Origin: Octopus sinensis
Lineage: Eukaryota
Direction: 5' to 3'
NCBI RefSeq assembly: GCF_006345805.1
Contig: NC_043005.1
Span: 77,066,001 to 77,130,000, forward strand
DNA length: 64,000 nucleotides
Shown: positions 11,406-24,966 of the stretch, piece after piece
How the letters are laid out: each line of letters starts with the position of its first letter
Position numbering within the stretch: position 1 is the stretch's first letter
Notes under the pieces: generated by a model
What the model was told of the DNA's origin: nothing
The model's input: only the letters and a program-made list of their open reading frames with translations
Databases searched by the model: none
Program-made: the position numbers and the translations under genes

Positions 11406-13430
11406 CAGAGGTTGGACAAAATAATGGAAACACCTAGCATCATAGCATCATCATTTTGAAATATCTATAAAACCATCTAAGCTTGTTTATCTTTATGCTT
11501 TTTATTTATTACTAGCAGTATCGCCCGGCGTTGCTCGGTTTGTAAGGGAAATAACTATATAAGCATTTTTAGTGAGTTATAGCAAAAAAATAGCAAAAAA
11601 TGCATTAAAAATGGAATATAAAATGATGGTAATTTTTTTTTTAAATCGTTGACTCATCGTAGACATTTTTAGAGAGTTACTTCCCTTATATAATAACGAA
11701 AAATGCATTAAAATGGAATAAAAAATGATGGTAATTTTTTTTTAATCGTTGACTCATCGTAGACATTTTTAGAGAGTTACTTCCCTTATATAAATAGCGA
11801 AAATGCATTAAAACGGAATGAAAAATGATGGTAAATTTTTTTTTAAATCGTAGACTCATCGTAGACGCGCGCTAATACCCTGAAGGGCTCGATATGAATC
11901 ACGACTATAAGATACCTGGTTTTGGTTAAACTGCACCGCAAAATGCGGGAGTAGTTAGAAATCTAAATCGTAGGAGACAGACACACAACCTTACTTTTAT
12001 ATATAAAGATTTGTGCAACAACTAAAACATTCGGTTGTACAAATTGTTTGCACAGGAAACCTGCCCTGTGTGGCGGTAATTGCCGTTTTTGTGGATCTGT
12101 TTCAGCTTTTTTAGCGATTTCTGTTTTGGCGACTTCAAGCCATGAAGTCGTTGTTCTAAAAGAACGCTGGTCTCCTTGACAACGCATTACGACGTTGATT
12201 TCCTTACACTCCCTTCCCCACAGCTTCACGAGGGAGGGAAGAAGGGGGAGAAGCAACACAGGTGCAGCTGTGAGCGTGGACGCCAACTCCGCCGCCATCG
12301 ACACACGAAAAATATGCATTAAAATGGAATAAAAAGTGATGTTAAATTATTTTTTAAATCGTAGACTCATCGTAGACGCGCGCTAATACCCAGACGGGCT
12401 CGATATGAATCACGACTATAAGATACCCGAATTTGGTTAAACTGCACCGCAAAATGTGGGAGTAGTTAGGAATCTAAATCGAAGGGGACAGACACTCACA
12501 CAACTACAGTTTTATATATATAGATTAGTGTTGCTTCATATGTTTTGCTAAAATTCCTTTTTCTTTTCAGATATCATCAGAAAAAGGTAATTAAAATGCA
12601 TTAAAATGACAGATCCATCGGACTTTCAAAGAGGTCAAGTTGTTGGTGTTCGTATGCCAGGCGCTAGCGTATTGAAAATAGTCGAAATGTTTGGTGTATC
12701 AACAAGTACTGTCCCGAAAGTCATGGCAGCCTTTGAGAAAGAGGGAAAAATCACCTCGTCGAAACAAAACTCCGGAAGAAAGCCAAAACTTTGAGATACG
12801 GACCGTTAGACTTACGCGAATTGTTAGAAAGAATCACAAAATTACAGCTCCTAGAATTACTGCAGAGCTTAATGACCATATTGAGAACACATTTTCCACA
12901 AAAAACTGTTCGCAGGAGCTGCACAAAGCCAGATTTTATGGGAGCGATGCAATCAGAAAACCACTACTTTAAAAACAAACGTTACAAAGCGTTTAGAATT
13001 GGTCCCTAGTGTTAGTTTCTCGGATGAGTGTGGAGACAGCCAAGAGAAGCATTTGATCCAGCCTGCCTTCTTCCAACTGTTCAGCATGGAGGAGGATCTC
13101 TGATGATCTGGGGGCTATATCTTGGAAATCCGCCGACCCAATGTTTTCTCTTCATGGCAGAAATAATAGTCTAGACTTTTTAAGCTTTATCTTATCCAGT
13201 TCATCCTATGGTTGCGAAACTGTTTCCAGAAGGAAATGCAATCTTTCATGATGATAATACACCATTTCATACAGCTAAAGTTGTTATTGAGGAACATTGT
13301 AGTGAAGTTGAAAATCTTATCTGGCCACTACAGTCCCAGATCTTAATATTATTGAACATTTATGGTGCACTTTCGAAAAATGGTGTCGATATCCTTCACC
13401 ATCATCACTGCAAGAAATGGAGACCGTTTT
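11406..13430 (+). mobile_element. Tc1-family (DD34E-like) transposon, degenerate, interrupted by a Helitron and truncated at the 3' end
   Basis: TA-CAGAGGTTGGACAAAATAATGGAAACACC left TIR. Transposase pieces MTDPSDFQRGQVVG..SGRKPKL, FSDE, HGGGSLMIWG, IFHDDNTPFHTAK, SPDLNIIEHLW at 12606-13430. Right TIR not seen. Confidence 0.85.
11512..12524 (-). mobile_element. Non-autonomous composite Helitron
   Basis: Minus strand: 5' TC (A^TCTATATATATAAAA at 12524), 3' hairpin-like ccgagcaacgccggg then CTAG^T at 11512. A second internal 5' end lies at 12009. Contains internal repeats of about 110 bp. Confidence 0.8.
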
Positions 13431-13540
13431 AGCGTTTCGGCAAAACAGATCGATAGAATAAGTCCTGGGGTCGATTTGATCGACTAAAGGTGGTGCTCCA
13501 GCATGTCCGCAGTCATATGACTGAAACAAATAAAAGAATA
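13431..13540 (+). mobile_element. SINE family C 3' fragment
   Basis: gatagaataagtcctggggtcgatttgatcgactaaaggtggtgctccagcatgtccgcagtcatatgactgaaacaaataaaaga matches other family-C tails. Confidence 0.8.
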
Positions 13541-13650
13541 TATATATATAAGCCAGTTGGATATGTTAGCATCAAAGTCAAAGATTTACTTACAGGGAAA
13601 GCGATCATATATCAACTGAGGGGATACAACTGGATCCCGTTATACAGGCA

Positions 13651-13884
13651 AACCTATTTCTTTACTACCCACAGGGGGCTAAACAAAGAGAGGACAATCA
13701 AGGACGGACAAACGGATTAAGTCGATCATATCGACCCAGTGCGTAACTGGTACTTATTTAATCGACCCCGAAAGGATGAAAGGCAAAGTCGACCTCGGCG
13801 GAATTTGAACTCAGAACGTAGCGACAGATGAAATACTGATGAGCATTTCGCCCGACGTGCTAACGATTCTGCCAGCTCGCCGCC
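13651..13884 (-). mobile_element. SINE family A monomer with 11-bp TSD
   Basis: TSD ttatacaggca at 13640-13650 and 13885-13895. Central gcctttcatcctttcggggtcgat..aagtacc motif resembles, from memory, the Meta-SINE domain. Confidence 0.9.
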
Positions 13885-14182
13885 TTATACAGGCACACCG
13901 TTGCTTAATTTAAATCCTTTGTATAAGTGTATTTATGGTACTCCTTACTGTTGACTCCATTTATTCCTAATATATGTATATATACATATATATATATATG
14001 TATGTATGTATGTATGCATTTATGTATACATATATCTACACATATATGAGTACATTCTTATGTGCATATATGTACATATATATGTGACTATATATACACG
14101 TATATATAATTCTATTTTATATGTATTTGCACCTTTATATTGCATGTGTATATATATATTTATGCAAAATATGCATATAAAC

Positions 14183-14218
<36 letters not shown>

Positions 14219-14326
14219 TCTCTGTTCATTTCTACCTTTGTAGGTAGTATTCTGCCCCACCTCGCCTCTGTTTATGATGGACAATAACACATTCAGCGAC
14301 CATACTTCCTTCTTTTGTTTATCCAG

Positions 14327-14503
14327 GTGTCAACTTTGATTGATGCAAAGGATGATCAAAAGCAATCTCGCCGTAACGATCTAATTAATTTAAGATCTGG
14401 GATTATATTGTCGGATATGTCCCTAGTTTGGGAGAATTCATTTCAAATTTTTCCGCTTGAGCAACTACGTGCAGGTCTCACAGTATTCCATTTAGCAGCA
14501 TAA
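14327..14503 (+). CDS. Possible exon of an unidentified host gene
   Basis: Good acceptor cttccttcttttgtttatccag followed by a 58-codon open frame (VSTLIDAKDDQKQSRRNDLINLRSG...). No convincing donor or homology. Confidence 0.15.
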   Translation: MSTLIDAKDDQKQSRRNDLINLRSGIILSDMSLVWENSFQIFPLEQLRAGLTVFHLAA

Positions 14504-15050
14504 CTACACTTTTATAACGCGTCTCTATCAAATATTTAGTGACAAACATTTGTGTTACATGCATGTCGCCCGTTTTAAATATTTGCCGCCTTTAAAAAAT
14601 GACAACGTACGAAGACAGACAAGATGGCCAGAGACTAGAAACAGCAGACATATGTCAGATAAACTGCATTGGATTATTTGTTCTGGCCCCCTACCTTTTG
14701 TGCAGCGTTGTCTCAGAGTATGAGAACGATGGACTGTTGCTCAGCAACCTCGTGGGTCTAGAGATTTAATTCTTATCTATGTATCTAGGGATTTAATTTT
14801 TATCTACGTATTTGATTCCTATCTATGCTTTCAATAAATTAATTCTATAAAACCGAGTGCATTAACTTTGATCGGTGGCATATAATGCCAAGAAGATGAC
14901 CCTGCTTCTCAGGACGGATTCCCTCGAGGCAAACCTTGTCCTTCATTCATTTGAGGTGAATACAACCGATTAAAAGTCACTTAGATACTGCTAGTCTTTT
15001 GTCTTAACTATTTGCACACACATGTAAAAACACTCATGTACATGCATATA

Positions 15051-15270
15051 CAGGATTGGCCAAAAGTCACATGACAGTAAATCAAAACGATTTTATTTCG
15101 AAATTTATTTAAGTTTAGCAACTGAATGAATTTAATAAAATCATCTAAATATATAACATCAAACTGAAGCCCTTCTTGAGCGACACATTTTTTCATTCGA
15201 GTCAATGCAGAGTTACAGATAGTATTTATGGAATTTTGAGTTACTGTCGGGTAACTTTTGGCCAAACCTG
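15051..15270. mobile_element. Tc1/mariner-derived MITE (220 bp)
   Basis: TA-CAGGATTGGCCAAAAGTCAC ... GTAACTTTTGGCCAAACCTG-TA. The internal minus strand resembles a transposase C-terminus (RMKKCVAQEGLQF). Confidence 0.8.
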
Positions 15271-15435
15271 TATATATAAATATAGATTTCTGAATGGCAA
15301 CTGATTATCCAGATTTAATCAAATTCACAGGATATCCAAATATCTCCCCGTTCGCCATCCAGGATGCACTGTTGCTGCTTTCAACACCTACGATGTAAGC
15401 ATGTAACTAACCTACCTGTACCTACAAACGACCTA

Positions 15436-15583
<148 letters not shown>

Positions 15584-15760
15584 TTTCTGTGATATACGAT
15601 TCCTTTTGATCGCTTTTTTTTCACTATCCCTTTTGATCGGAATTTTATTTTTCTCCTGTGTTTCTATTTTCAAAAAGAAAAGCTCTACATTGTATTTTAT
15701 CTCCTCTGTTTTCTGCCCTGTGTGGCTAATAAGAAAATTATCTACCAATCTGTCTATCAT

Positions 15761-15812
<52 letters not shown>

Positions 15813-15991
15813 ATATATATTATATATATATATATATATATGAATAGACTCATATGTATGCATCTGTTATATATATGTGTGTGTGTGCACGTGTTCAACT
15901 AAACAACTTGCAGTTTCTGACTTCCTGTACTCTTACGTCATCGACAGGAAGACATATCTTATAATACATAGAAGTGGGGCTTCACGCGTAA

Positions 15992-16038
<47 letters not shown>

Positions 16039-16507
16039 TAATATATATTCACGTACATACTCGCATGCACATTTACACGCGCTCGCGCTCATGCACACAC
16101 ACATACACACCGACGTACACATATATATATGACACTCTTTCATAAGCATTCGAAGCTAATTAGATAACTGAACCAATGGCATATGAGCATATAAATGATG
16201 TAAATGTATTTAAGAAACTGCGTAACTCTGCCAAAACCCGAAACTGCATCCATCCTAAGCCACCAGGCTTTCAGCGGCCTAGGAAATAATTTCGCCATAA
16301 TTAAATCACTGAACAGCTCCAAACTAGAAATCTGACTCACACCTGGTGTATTCTTCACATATCTGATAAGGAGCTTCTTTCATACATGAATTATTCCAGG
16401 ATGCAACCTAAGGGGATCAATTTAGGTGTGACTCATCAACACTATAGCCAGTGTCTTCTAAACTTGTTTTTTCCCCTCTTTCTCTTGTTCTTGGCTACTG
16501 TAATTAC

Positions 16508-16539
<32 letters not shown>

Positions 16540-17308
16540 ATCAGGTAGCTTTTTCAACGTCGTTCAGCCTGCTCGAAATAACAGCGAAATCTCTATTAAA
16601 TCATACTGTTCTTTGTAAAGGGATGAGGGATTGGATAATTTAGAATTACTGTATGAACAAATGATTGGATGGTCACGGTTGAACCCTCTGTTTTTAGACC
16701 TACCAAAGTGATACACAATGACAACGCTTGTGATATTGCAATCAACAGTCTATACCATATAAGCAGAGAGCGTCTGTGTCGATATTTGAAATACTAGAAA
16801 TACAACCAAATCTGCACCAGACCATATACTGTCGCTTTAAAATGGAAGGTCAAGTAAGGAAATTTAGAATACGCCTTAAACGATGGCTAGTCACCGTTGG
16901 GACACCGTTGGGACACTTGTTCTCTGTTCTCTCAGTGTTGACCTGAGACAGAACAACGAGAACTGGCTTTTGCTTCACTTATACGTCCTGTTATACACCT
17001 TGGCATATTTCCCTTTCTCTTTTCAGCCATAGTGTTTCTCCCTCTGATGTCAGTCTTAGATGTCGTTATCGAACAAAGCGGTGCTCAACGAAGATTCGTG
17101 TGACCCTTGGTGGACCGTATAAGATTTGTGGGGGGGGTGGCACACAAGTAAAATACTAAATTAGGGAACCACAGAAGTATTTTAAAGTTCATGAAAAAAA
17201 GTTGTTTCGGTTGTCTTTATTGCATGAAACAGGCTTCTTCCTCAAATGTTTTATATAGTACAACATGCTTCTGACCACTGCCACTGGGACATGTTTTCTT
17301 AGAGTGAG

Positions 17309-17385
<77 letters not shown>

Positions 17386-19237
17386 TTATCTATCTATTTC
17401 TCTATCTGGCGCACGAGAGCTCCTGTTCTATGTACGCCTTGCAACACATGCAGCTCAGTCTCTTTGTCTTTGTGTCTGTGTTTGTCCCCAACCACCATTT
17501 GACAACCCGTGTTGGGGTGTTTATGTCACCGCTACTAAACTTTTCGGCAAAGAGTCCGACAGAATAATTACCTGGCTTAAAAGATAAATAAATACTGGGG
17601 TCGATTTATTCAACTAAAAATTCTTCAAGACTGTGCTCCAGCATGGCCGCAGTCTAATGACTGAAGCAAGTTAAAATGACAGAGGAAACTAGTTTTTAAG
17701 TATCGAATGGCTATGGGGGTCAACGAAAGTAAAATAGCAACTGAGTGGGGTCCATAGGCAAAAATGTTTCAGAGTCACTGATCTAACAGTTTCATTAATC
17801 ATTCGCATTGAGCTGTCGTATTATTCCTGGGAACATTTGTTTCCCTTAGTCCCCTTTTCTATAGGTTTTCCCTATCTATCCCAGCAACCAAGAAGCACCA
17901 ACAGCGCTTACGAGGATTGCTTCTTTTACTAGCTAACACACGTGTGTGGGGGGGTTGTTTGGGTGGGTGGATGGTGGGTGGATGTGTGCATGCGTATGTG
18001 GACACAGCACGGTAGCATAGATGAGTGGTTAAGATTTCGTTTCACAACCACGATGGCCTGGTCGTGAAATTTTTCCCACGAGAGTTCCGGACCCCAGTTA
18101 TGAAATCATTTGCATCAACCATCAAACTAATTTATGAGCGTATAACAAGTGATGGGCGATAAGATATGATCACTTGGGTAAGGAATGACCATGCTTCTTT
18201 TCACTTTTAATAATGCTTCTTGTTCTTCTTCCTGTTTCAACTATGGCTGCCTCTGCGTAGTTATTTGTGTTGTTGTTTACTTTATAAAGCAGTAAGGAGA
18301 GAGGGTTGCAAGCATATCACCCTCTACCTACATTTTTCCCATACATATCTTTATCATATGGGGCCCTAACAAAATCATATGGGGCCCTAACGATAAAAAG
18401 TTATAGATGCAAATCTATCTAATTACTTGTCTCCTTCTAAAATCAGGCATAACTTGGCGACCGTTCTTCGTCTTGTGTTTACTTGGTAGTGTGTGTTTGT
18501 TAACCTGACAACAAGGTCAATGTGAGCTCTGATTGGTTGTATGCAAATGAGTTCATTACTGGGATCCGGAAATCTCGTGAGAAAAAAAAAAATTTCGCGG
18601 CATTGTCCTCATTTGATTCCACAACCTGCAATATTGAATGTCTCCATTGCCTTAGTACCAACTAGGGCTATGTGGAGAAAACTGAGCAGACGGAAAATGT
18701 TCGTTGGTATCCCGCGTGAAGGGTTGCACCCGTCATTCAAAAGGCTGGCTTTGTCAAGCAGTGTCACACTTATTCGACATAAAAATTACATTAATAGTAC
18801 TTATATCCTTGGAATACTCAGCCACTTACGCATTTATTCAGTGGTTCTCAACCGGGGTCTGTAAAATTTTCAGTTACTCGTTAAAGGATGCATTGTTCTC
18901 AGCGAGTTAAGAACTGTTTGCTGGCATCCAAGTCTCCATCTCTCTCTCTTTCTATCTCTCTCTCCCCTCTCATTCATTCTCTTTTACTCTCTCCTCTCTA
19001 TTTGTATATGTAATGTGTGTGTGTGTCATATACGTCATATATATGAGGAGGAAGTGAGGTAGGGAGAGAAAGACAGAGAGAGAGAGAAATATACATATAC
19101 TTAACACAAACTCTTTATGTGTACATGCTGACACACAGACGAATGCACACACGTATATTCACAATAAATTCTCATATCATATAGATATATGTAAATATAT
19201 ATATGTCTATATATATATATAATATATATATATATAT

Positions 19238-19271
<34 letters not shown>

Positions 19272-19307
19272 CATATATATATATATATATATATAATATA
19301 TATATAT

Positions 19308-19399
<92 letters not shown>

Positions 19400-19400
<1 letters not shown>

Positions 19401-19575
19401 GCATACACATTTTCTCTGTTTTCCCTTCTCGAGATCTTTCCTTTTCCTATGTTTCAGATGAAGAGCTCCGTTCGAAACGTTAAACCCTCCTTCTTCCCTT
19501 CTTTCCTGAGCGTCCAATAATACTATATTTGTTCCACGTCCTCGCGTTGTTGTGTTTTTTTGTGTTTGCTTCTTT
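19400..19575 (+). mobile_element. Penelope-type terminal-repeat fragment
   Basis: Pyrimidine-rich segment embedded in (AT)n and containing the minimal HHR below. Confidence 0.5.
19451..19485 (+). ncRNA. Minimal hammerhead ribozyme with one core substitution
   Basis: GTTT-CAGATGA-A-GAGC(tcc)GTTC-GAAAC-GTT-AAAC: stem I GUUU/AAAC, stem II, palindromic AACGUU stem III, U4>A. Confidence 0.6.
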
Positions 19576-19619
19576 GGATTTACTTTATATAATATATAAT
19601 ATATACATATGTATGTATA

Positions 19620-19660
<41 letters not shown>

Positions 19661-20541
19661 CATATACATATAGATACTTATAATGTATATATGTATATAT
19701 ATGTATATATGTATGTATATTTATTTATATATACACATGTATTATTATATATATATATTATATATATATATGTACACACACACATATATGTATGCATCTG
19801 TGCATATATATTATATATATATATATATATGTGTGCGTGTGTTTGTGTTTGTATATGTGTCTGTATGTAGGTGTATATGCAACTTCGCCTGCATACCTAC
19901 ATTCGGGTGACTTCATAAATACCTACTACAATAATCAATCTTACAATTACTACTGTACTACGCAAAGTAACCCTCCAGCTCGACTAGCCCTGTACTTTCT
20001 CTCTCTCTCTCTCACTTCTTCTTACTCACTTTCCCTACTGACCCATACTATTCTCTTTGTTTACCTCCAACCTTTTGCTCTCTGAAGCCATATCTTAAAT
20101 ATTATGTATTTGAAGGTGACCCACAGTTTAATCAATGGTCAGCTAGCTGTCTGCAGTGGACTTAATTATTCAAACTATATACGTTAGCCAAGTTCTGCTA
20201 CTACCACCTAATATGGTTTCACAGACCAGCAAAATATATTTGTAGGAAAAAGTAAAAAATATTAGTATGAAAAAAAAATGAGAAAAAGCTTAAAATGCTG
20301 GAGGAAAATAATACATACATACATACATACATACATACATACATACATACATACATACATACATACACACATACATACACACATACACACACACACACAC
20401 ACGTACATATATATATATATATATAATATATATATATATGAGCATGTATAGTTATATATATGATTAGTTAATATATTTATTTACTAATTTCTTAGACGAT
20501 TTCAATAGTAAATCATTAATAATAATAATAATAATAATAAT

Positions 20542-20930
20542 CCTTTCTGTTATAGGCACAAGGCCTGAAATTTGCGGGGAAGGGGGTAAGTCGATTACAT
20601 CGACACCAGTGCGTAACTGGTGCTTATTTAATAGACTCTGTAAGGTGGAAGGCAAAGTCGACCTCTGCGGAATTTGAACTCAGAACGTAACGGCAGACGA
20701 AGTACCTATTTCTTTACTACCCGCAACGGGCTAAACACAAAGAGGACAAACAAGGACAGACAAACGGATTAAGTCGATTATATCGACTCCAGTGCGTAAC
20801 TGGTACTTATTTAATCGGCCCCAGAAAGGATGAAAGGCAAAGTCGACCTCAGCGGAATTTGAAATCAGAACGTAGCGGCATACGAAATACCGCTAAGCAT
20901 TTTGCCTGCCGAGCGAACGTTTTTGCCACA
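20542..20930 (-). mobile_element. SINE family A dimer (unit with tail A1 fused to unit with tail A2)
   Basis: Two body copies joined at aaagaaataggta/cttcgtctgccg; ends in (TTA)n on the minus strand. Confidence 0.85.
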
Positions 20931-21099
20931 AGGGCGAAGGATGACGGAGACAATACAAAGACAAACATAAAGTGGTGGGGTTTACATATAATGAAATGAT
21001 GAAAAAATAAATGTGAACGAAAGATAGAAAGTATACACGATTTACACTGAAAACAAAGGGACATATGCATAGCATACTAAGATTTAAAAAAAGGTGGCG

Positions 21100-21720
21100 G
21101 AGAAGGTGATAGAGATGTGACCCTCCTGATATAGAAGGCCTCTAGGGATTATGGAGGAAACCCCACTGTTCGAGATTTCTCTGAAGCCTCAGGATCAAAC
21201 GCCCTCCCTTATTCCTTCTCTCCGACTCACAGGTCTACACTTAAAGAGGTACCATCCACTCTTGCCATTTTTCGCAACTTTCACCCATCTCTCAATAAAC
21301 TCACTCGAGGAGAGTAATTCCCTCACCACTCTCAATTTCCTTTTCAAGTGAAACTTGAAGAAGTCGATGAGAGCCCTGCCTAAGAGGAATGTGTCTGTCC
21401 TCATGCTTTTCAACCTTGTCCACCAAACAACCACTTTCGCCACAGCCACCAGGCAAAGGAAAATTGCTATGCCTGCCCCATTGAAGGAGGGCGACGGTGC
21501 GATCATCACTAAAGACACGACCGACAGATGGATCCGTACCACACGTGAAAGCAGCTGTTCGGCATAACTCCACAGGTTAGCAATGTCCGGACGCTGGACA
21601 AATGTATGCAGAACGGTTCTGTCATTCTGTGCGCACCTCGGACACGCCCGTCTGACAGCACATCCTTGCCTGTAGAGTTCATCTCGAACTAGTAGCGCTG
21701 CCAGATCGAGGACATCTGGA
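21100..21720 (-). mobile_element. L1/Tx1-like LINE 3' fragment
   Basis: GC-rich open frame ...RACPRCAQNDRTVLHTFVQ..LWSYAEQLLSR..VAVAKVVVWWTRLK..FFKFHLKRKL, a zf-RVT-like Cys/His motif and C-terminus. Confidence 0.7.
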
Positions 21721-23164
21721 ATAAACGAATATATATGTGTGTGTGTGTGTATCTATACAGACTCCCTTGCAATAAGCCATTTTTGGTTACTTTGTTGGCC
21801 CTCACAGACTTATGCGGCATCACAGAAGTGGCAACGACCAAAGTGTCGAAGATTTTACCACCATTATCTTTTAATATGAAAAGCGGAGAGCTGGCAGAAA
21901 GGTTACCACACCGGGCGAAATTCTTTACGCTCTGAATTCAAATTCCGGTGAGGTCGATGAAGTAATACCAGTTGTGTACTGGTGTCGATCTAATCGACTG
22001 GCCCCCTTCCCCAAAATGTCAGGCCTTGTGCCTAGAGTACAAAAGCGTATCTTTTAATATGGCCCCTGGATTCTGCACTCAATATTCTGGGCTACGAGTT
22101 TCTAATCTGGTGCCTTAACGCAGTAAGCTGCCCCCTATTTTTTTCACCTCCCATCCCTTTGAGTATTACGTATATGTCTCTGTCATATTGTCCCCGGCTG
22201 GCTGAGGATGTGCAATTCTACACAAATGATAGGGCTACATTGGTCTAAAAATAAACGAAGCTCTCTTTCTTGAAGCAGCGATGAGGGAAAATTTTTTACT
22301 TGTTCTTCTATACTTCGAACTGAAACAAATGCATTTTACACACAATAAAGAAAAGAAAAAGAAATGCAAGCTCCTGTATTTCACAATGTAAGAGACTGGT
22401 GTATGAATGCAGCTTCCTTGGTTTGGAAAAACACACGAAGAAAAAAGAACCTAAAAACTCATTCACTGTTACTGAGTTCAATCTCAGTGTGTATTCCATT
22501 GCCTAACGAAACGAGTCTTGCTGTGTTGCTATGACTATCGTATGTTATTACAAAGGCAACGAGCTCGCACAAATGTGCAGAGCGTTGGAACCTGTTTTGC
22601 AACATTATTTTTCCTGTGATTACTTTCTGCACTCAAATCTCACTGAAATCACCTTTAGCTTTCGTCCTTTACAGAGTCGATAATATAATGCATCAGTCAA
22701 GTCGTGCTGTCCATGGTATCAAGTACCTACCCACCAGCTTCCCTCAAAATCTCTGGTAATGTGCCTAAGTCATAAAATCATTATTATCTGTTGCTATCAT
22801 TATTCAAGTTGTTTAAATTGTTTTAAAATAACTAATTTTCAGTCAAAAAATCATTATTTTTGTTCTGAGAGATATGTGTTCAGAATTTTTATTGTCCCTT
22901 CCTCTCAAATATCTTTAAAAATCTGTCTGTTTTTGTTCGAATTTTATGTGGGGGCGTTATTCAAATACTTTATCCCTTTTCTTCCCAAATTAAAATCGTT
23001 TTTATTTGCAGTCAACTCGAAAAATGTTGCCTAACTTAGACAGAAGGCCAGCAATCTTGAGTAGAAACTCTGTTTATAATGATTTTTCCATAAATTTTCA
23101 GGTGGCAATAATTCACAATACTGGAGAGAAAGAGCAAACACATTATTATTACTGGCAATATCGT

Positions 23165-23485
23165 TAGGTCGTCAGAAGAGACGCTTTAACTTCACCTTCA
23201 AAGTTGCGGTCATGCTGGGGCACCACTGTTGACTGAGCTACACCATTATTTGAAACCTCCTCTGATATGTGGCATTTGGTCAATGAAGGAGTTTGATGCT
23301 GCTACCCTCATCTGTGTTTCCTGCCGTGCGGTAGGTTCGTCTGGAACCCTTGACAGGAAGAGATCGAGTTTTGTTTTAACGACATTTACATCCACACCAG
23401 GCATTTTGGAAGGATGTTGAAGAACTGTGGGCCCTTGAAGCCCAAGCTGTTGCCGTATCTGATCCTGTACGTTGATGGCGATGCT
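23165..23485 (-). mobile_element. CR1-group LINE 3' end (RT C-terminus plus 3' UTR)
   Basis: NSLGFKGPQFFNILPKCL / GVDVNVVKTKLDLFLSRVPDEP..RVAASNSFIDQ with a frameshift. The 3' UTR contains ggtgccccagcatgaccgca. Exact clade uncertain. Confidence 0.75.
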
Positions 23486-23561
23486 AGTTTATTAATAAAA
23501 TGTTAATCTATTGGTTATTTTATGAATTAAATGTTAGTTTATGAATTAAACGGTAACATAT

Positions 23562-24183
23562 TGGTTTCAAATTTTAACACAAGGCCAGTGATGTCTAGGA
23601 AAAGATTAATTCGATTACATCCACACCAGTGCCGATTTAATACTTATTTGATCGACCCTGAAAAGATGAAATCAAATTCAAATACGGTGGAATTTTAACT
23701 CATAACTTAAAGACGGACGGAAAACTGCTAAGCATTTTTGTCCGGAGTGCTAACGATTCATGTTTCTTTACTGCCCACAAGAAGCTACACACAGAGGGGA
23801 CAAACAAGGACAGACAAACGGATTAAGTCGATTATATCGACCCCAGTGTGTAACTGGTACTTATTTAATCGACCCTGAAAAGATGAAAGTCAAAGTCGAC
23901 CTCGGCGGTATTTGAACTCAGAACGTAGCGGCAGACGAAGTACCTATTTCTATTTTTTTTACTGTCCACAAGGGGCTAAACACAGAGGGGACAAACAAGG
24001 ACAGACAAACGGATTAAGTCGATTATATCGACCCTAGTGCGTAGCTGGTGCTTAATTTATCGACCCCGAAACGATGAAAGGCAAAGTCGACCTCGGCGGA
24101 ATTTGAACTCAGAACTCAGCGGCGGACGAAATACCACAAAGCATTTCGTCCGGCGTGCTAACGATTGTGCCAAACGCCGCCTT
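23562..24183 (-). mobile_element. SINE family A trimeric array
   Basis: Three successive body copies, two with tail A1 (ttaatccgtttgtctgtcc...) and the last with a degenerate A2-type tail. Confidence 0.8.
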
Positions 24184-24544
24184 TAACTAAGTGATAATCT
24201 ATTGCGTAAATAAATATAATACTATTTTTAAATTAAACTTACGAACCATATTGCTTGGGGGAAATCCAAACTGCAAACTTGTAAACTGTTGCTAGACGTT
24301 TCTATACAATACAAAAATAGTAAAGTGCTCCTAATGCATATATCCTCTGTTTAAAAATAGGAATTACTTTTGCGCTTGCTGGTGAGCTTCCTTTATGATT
24401 CGGCTTTTGTAATTACTTTGTATGTTTTGTACTGGTCGTGTAAAAGCATATTCATGTGTGTATTTTGAACCTCACCCAGCACCTGCTGTCGAGAAACATG
24501 CTGTAATTATATAATTACATAATATTAATTATATTTAGAATCAT

Positions 24545-24934
24545 GATATTGATTTATTGTTATCATCATCGTCGTCGTGAACATCTTTATCCACATCGGC
24601 GTCGTCTTCATCCTCCTCCTCCTCCTCATCACCATCATCATCAACGTCATCATCGTCGTCGTCTTCATCGTCATCATCATTATTGTCTACATCGGCAAAA
24701 CTATCATCATCATCATCATCATCATCATCGTCATCGTCATCATCATCGTCATCAGCATCATCATCATTTTCACCATCATTACCAGCATCATCCTTTAGCA
24801 TCAATCTCTGAATTCCCTGATTTCATTAACAACTGCACGATATTTTTTTTCAAATATTAATTCACGCAATTGTGATGTCTACAGGACCAATCAGGAACGA
24901 ATTTCAATGATCTTGTTGCTTTTGCTATTGTTTT

Positions 24935-24966
<32 letters not shown>

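Noticed and set aside
9800-11443. Long ORFs of YI/CV/MYVC/HT repeats here and at 19100-19900, 30368-30941, 51900-52950, 63404-63868
   Set aside because: Translations of stop-free microsatellites; no coding signal.
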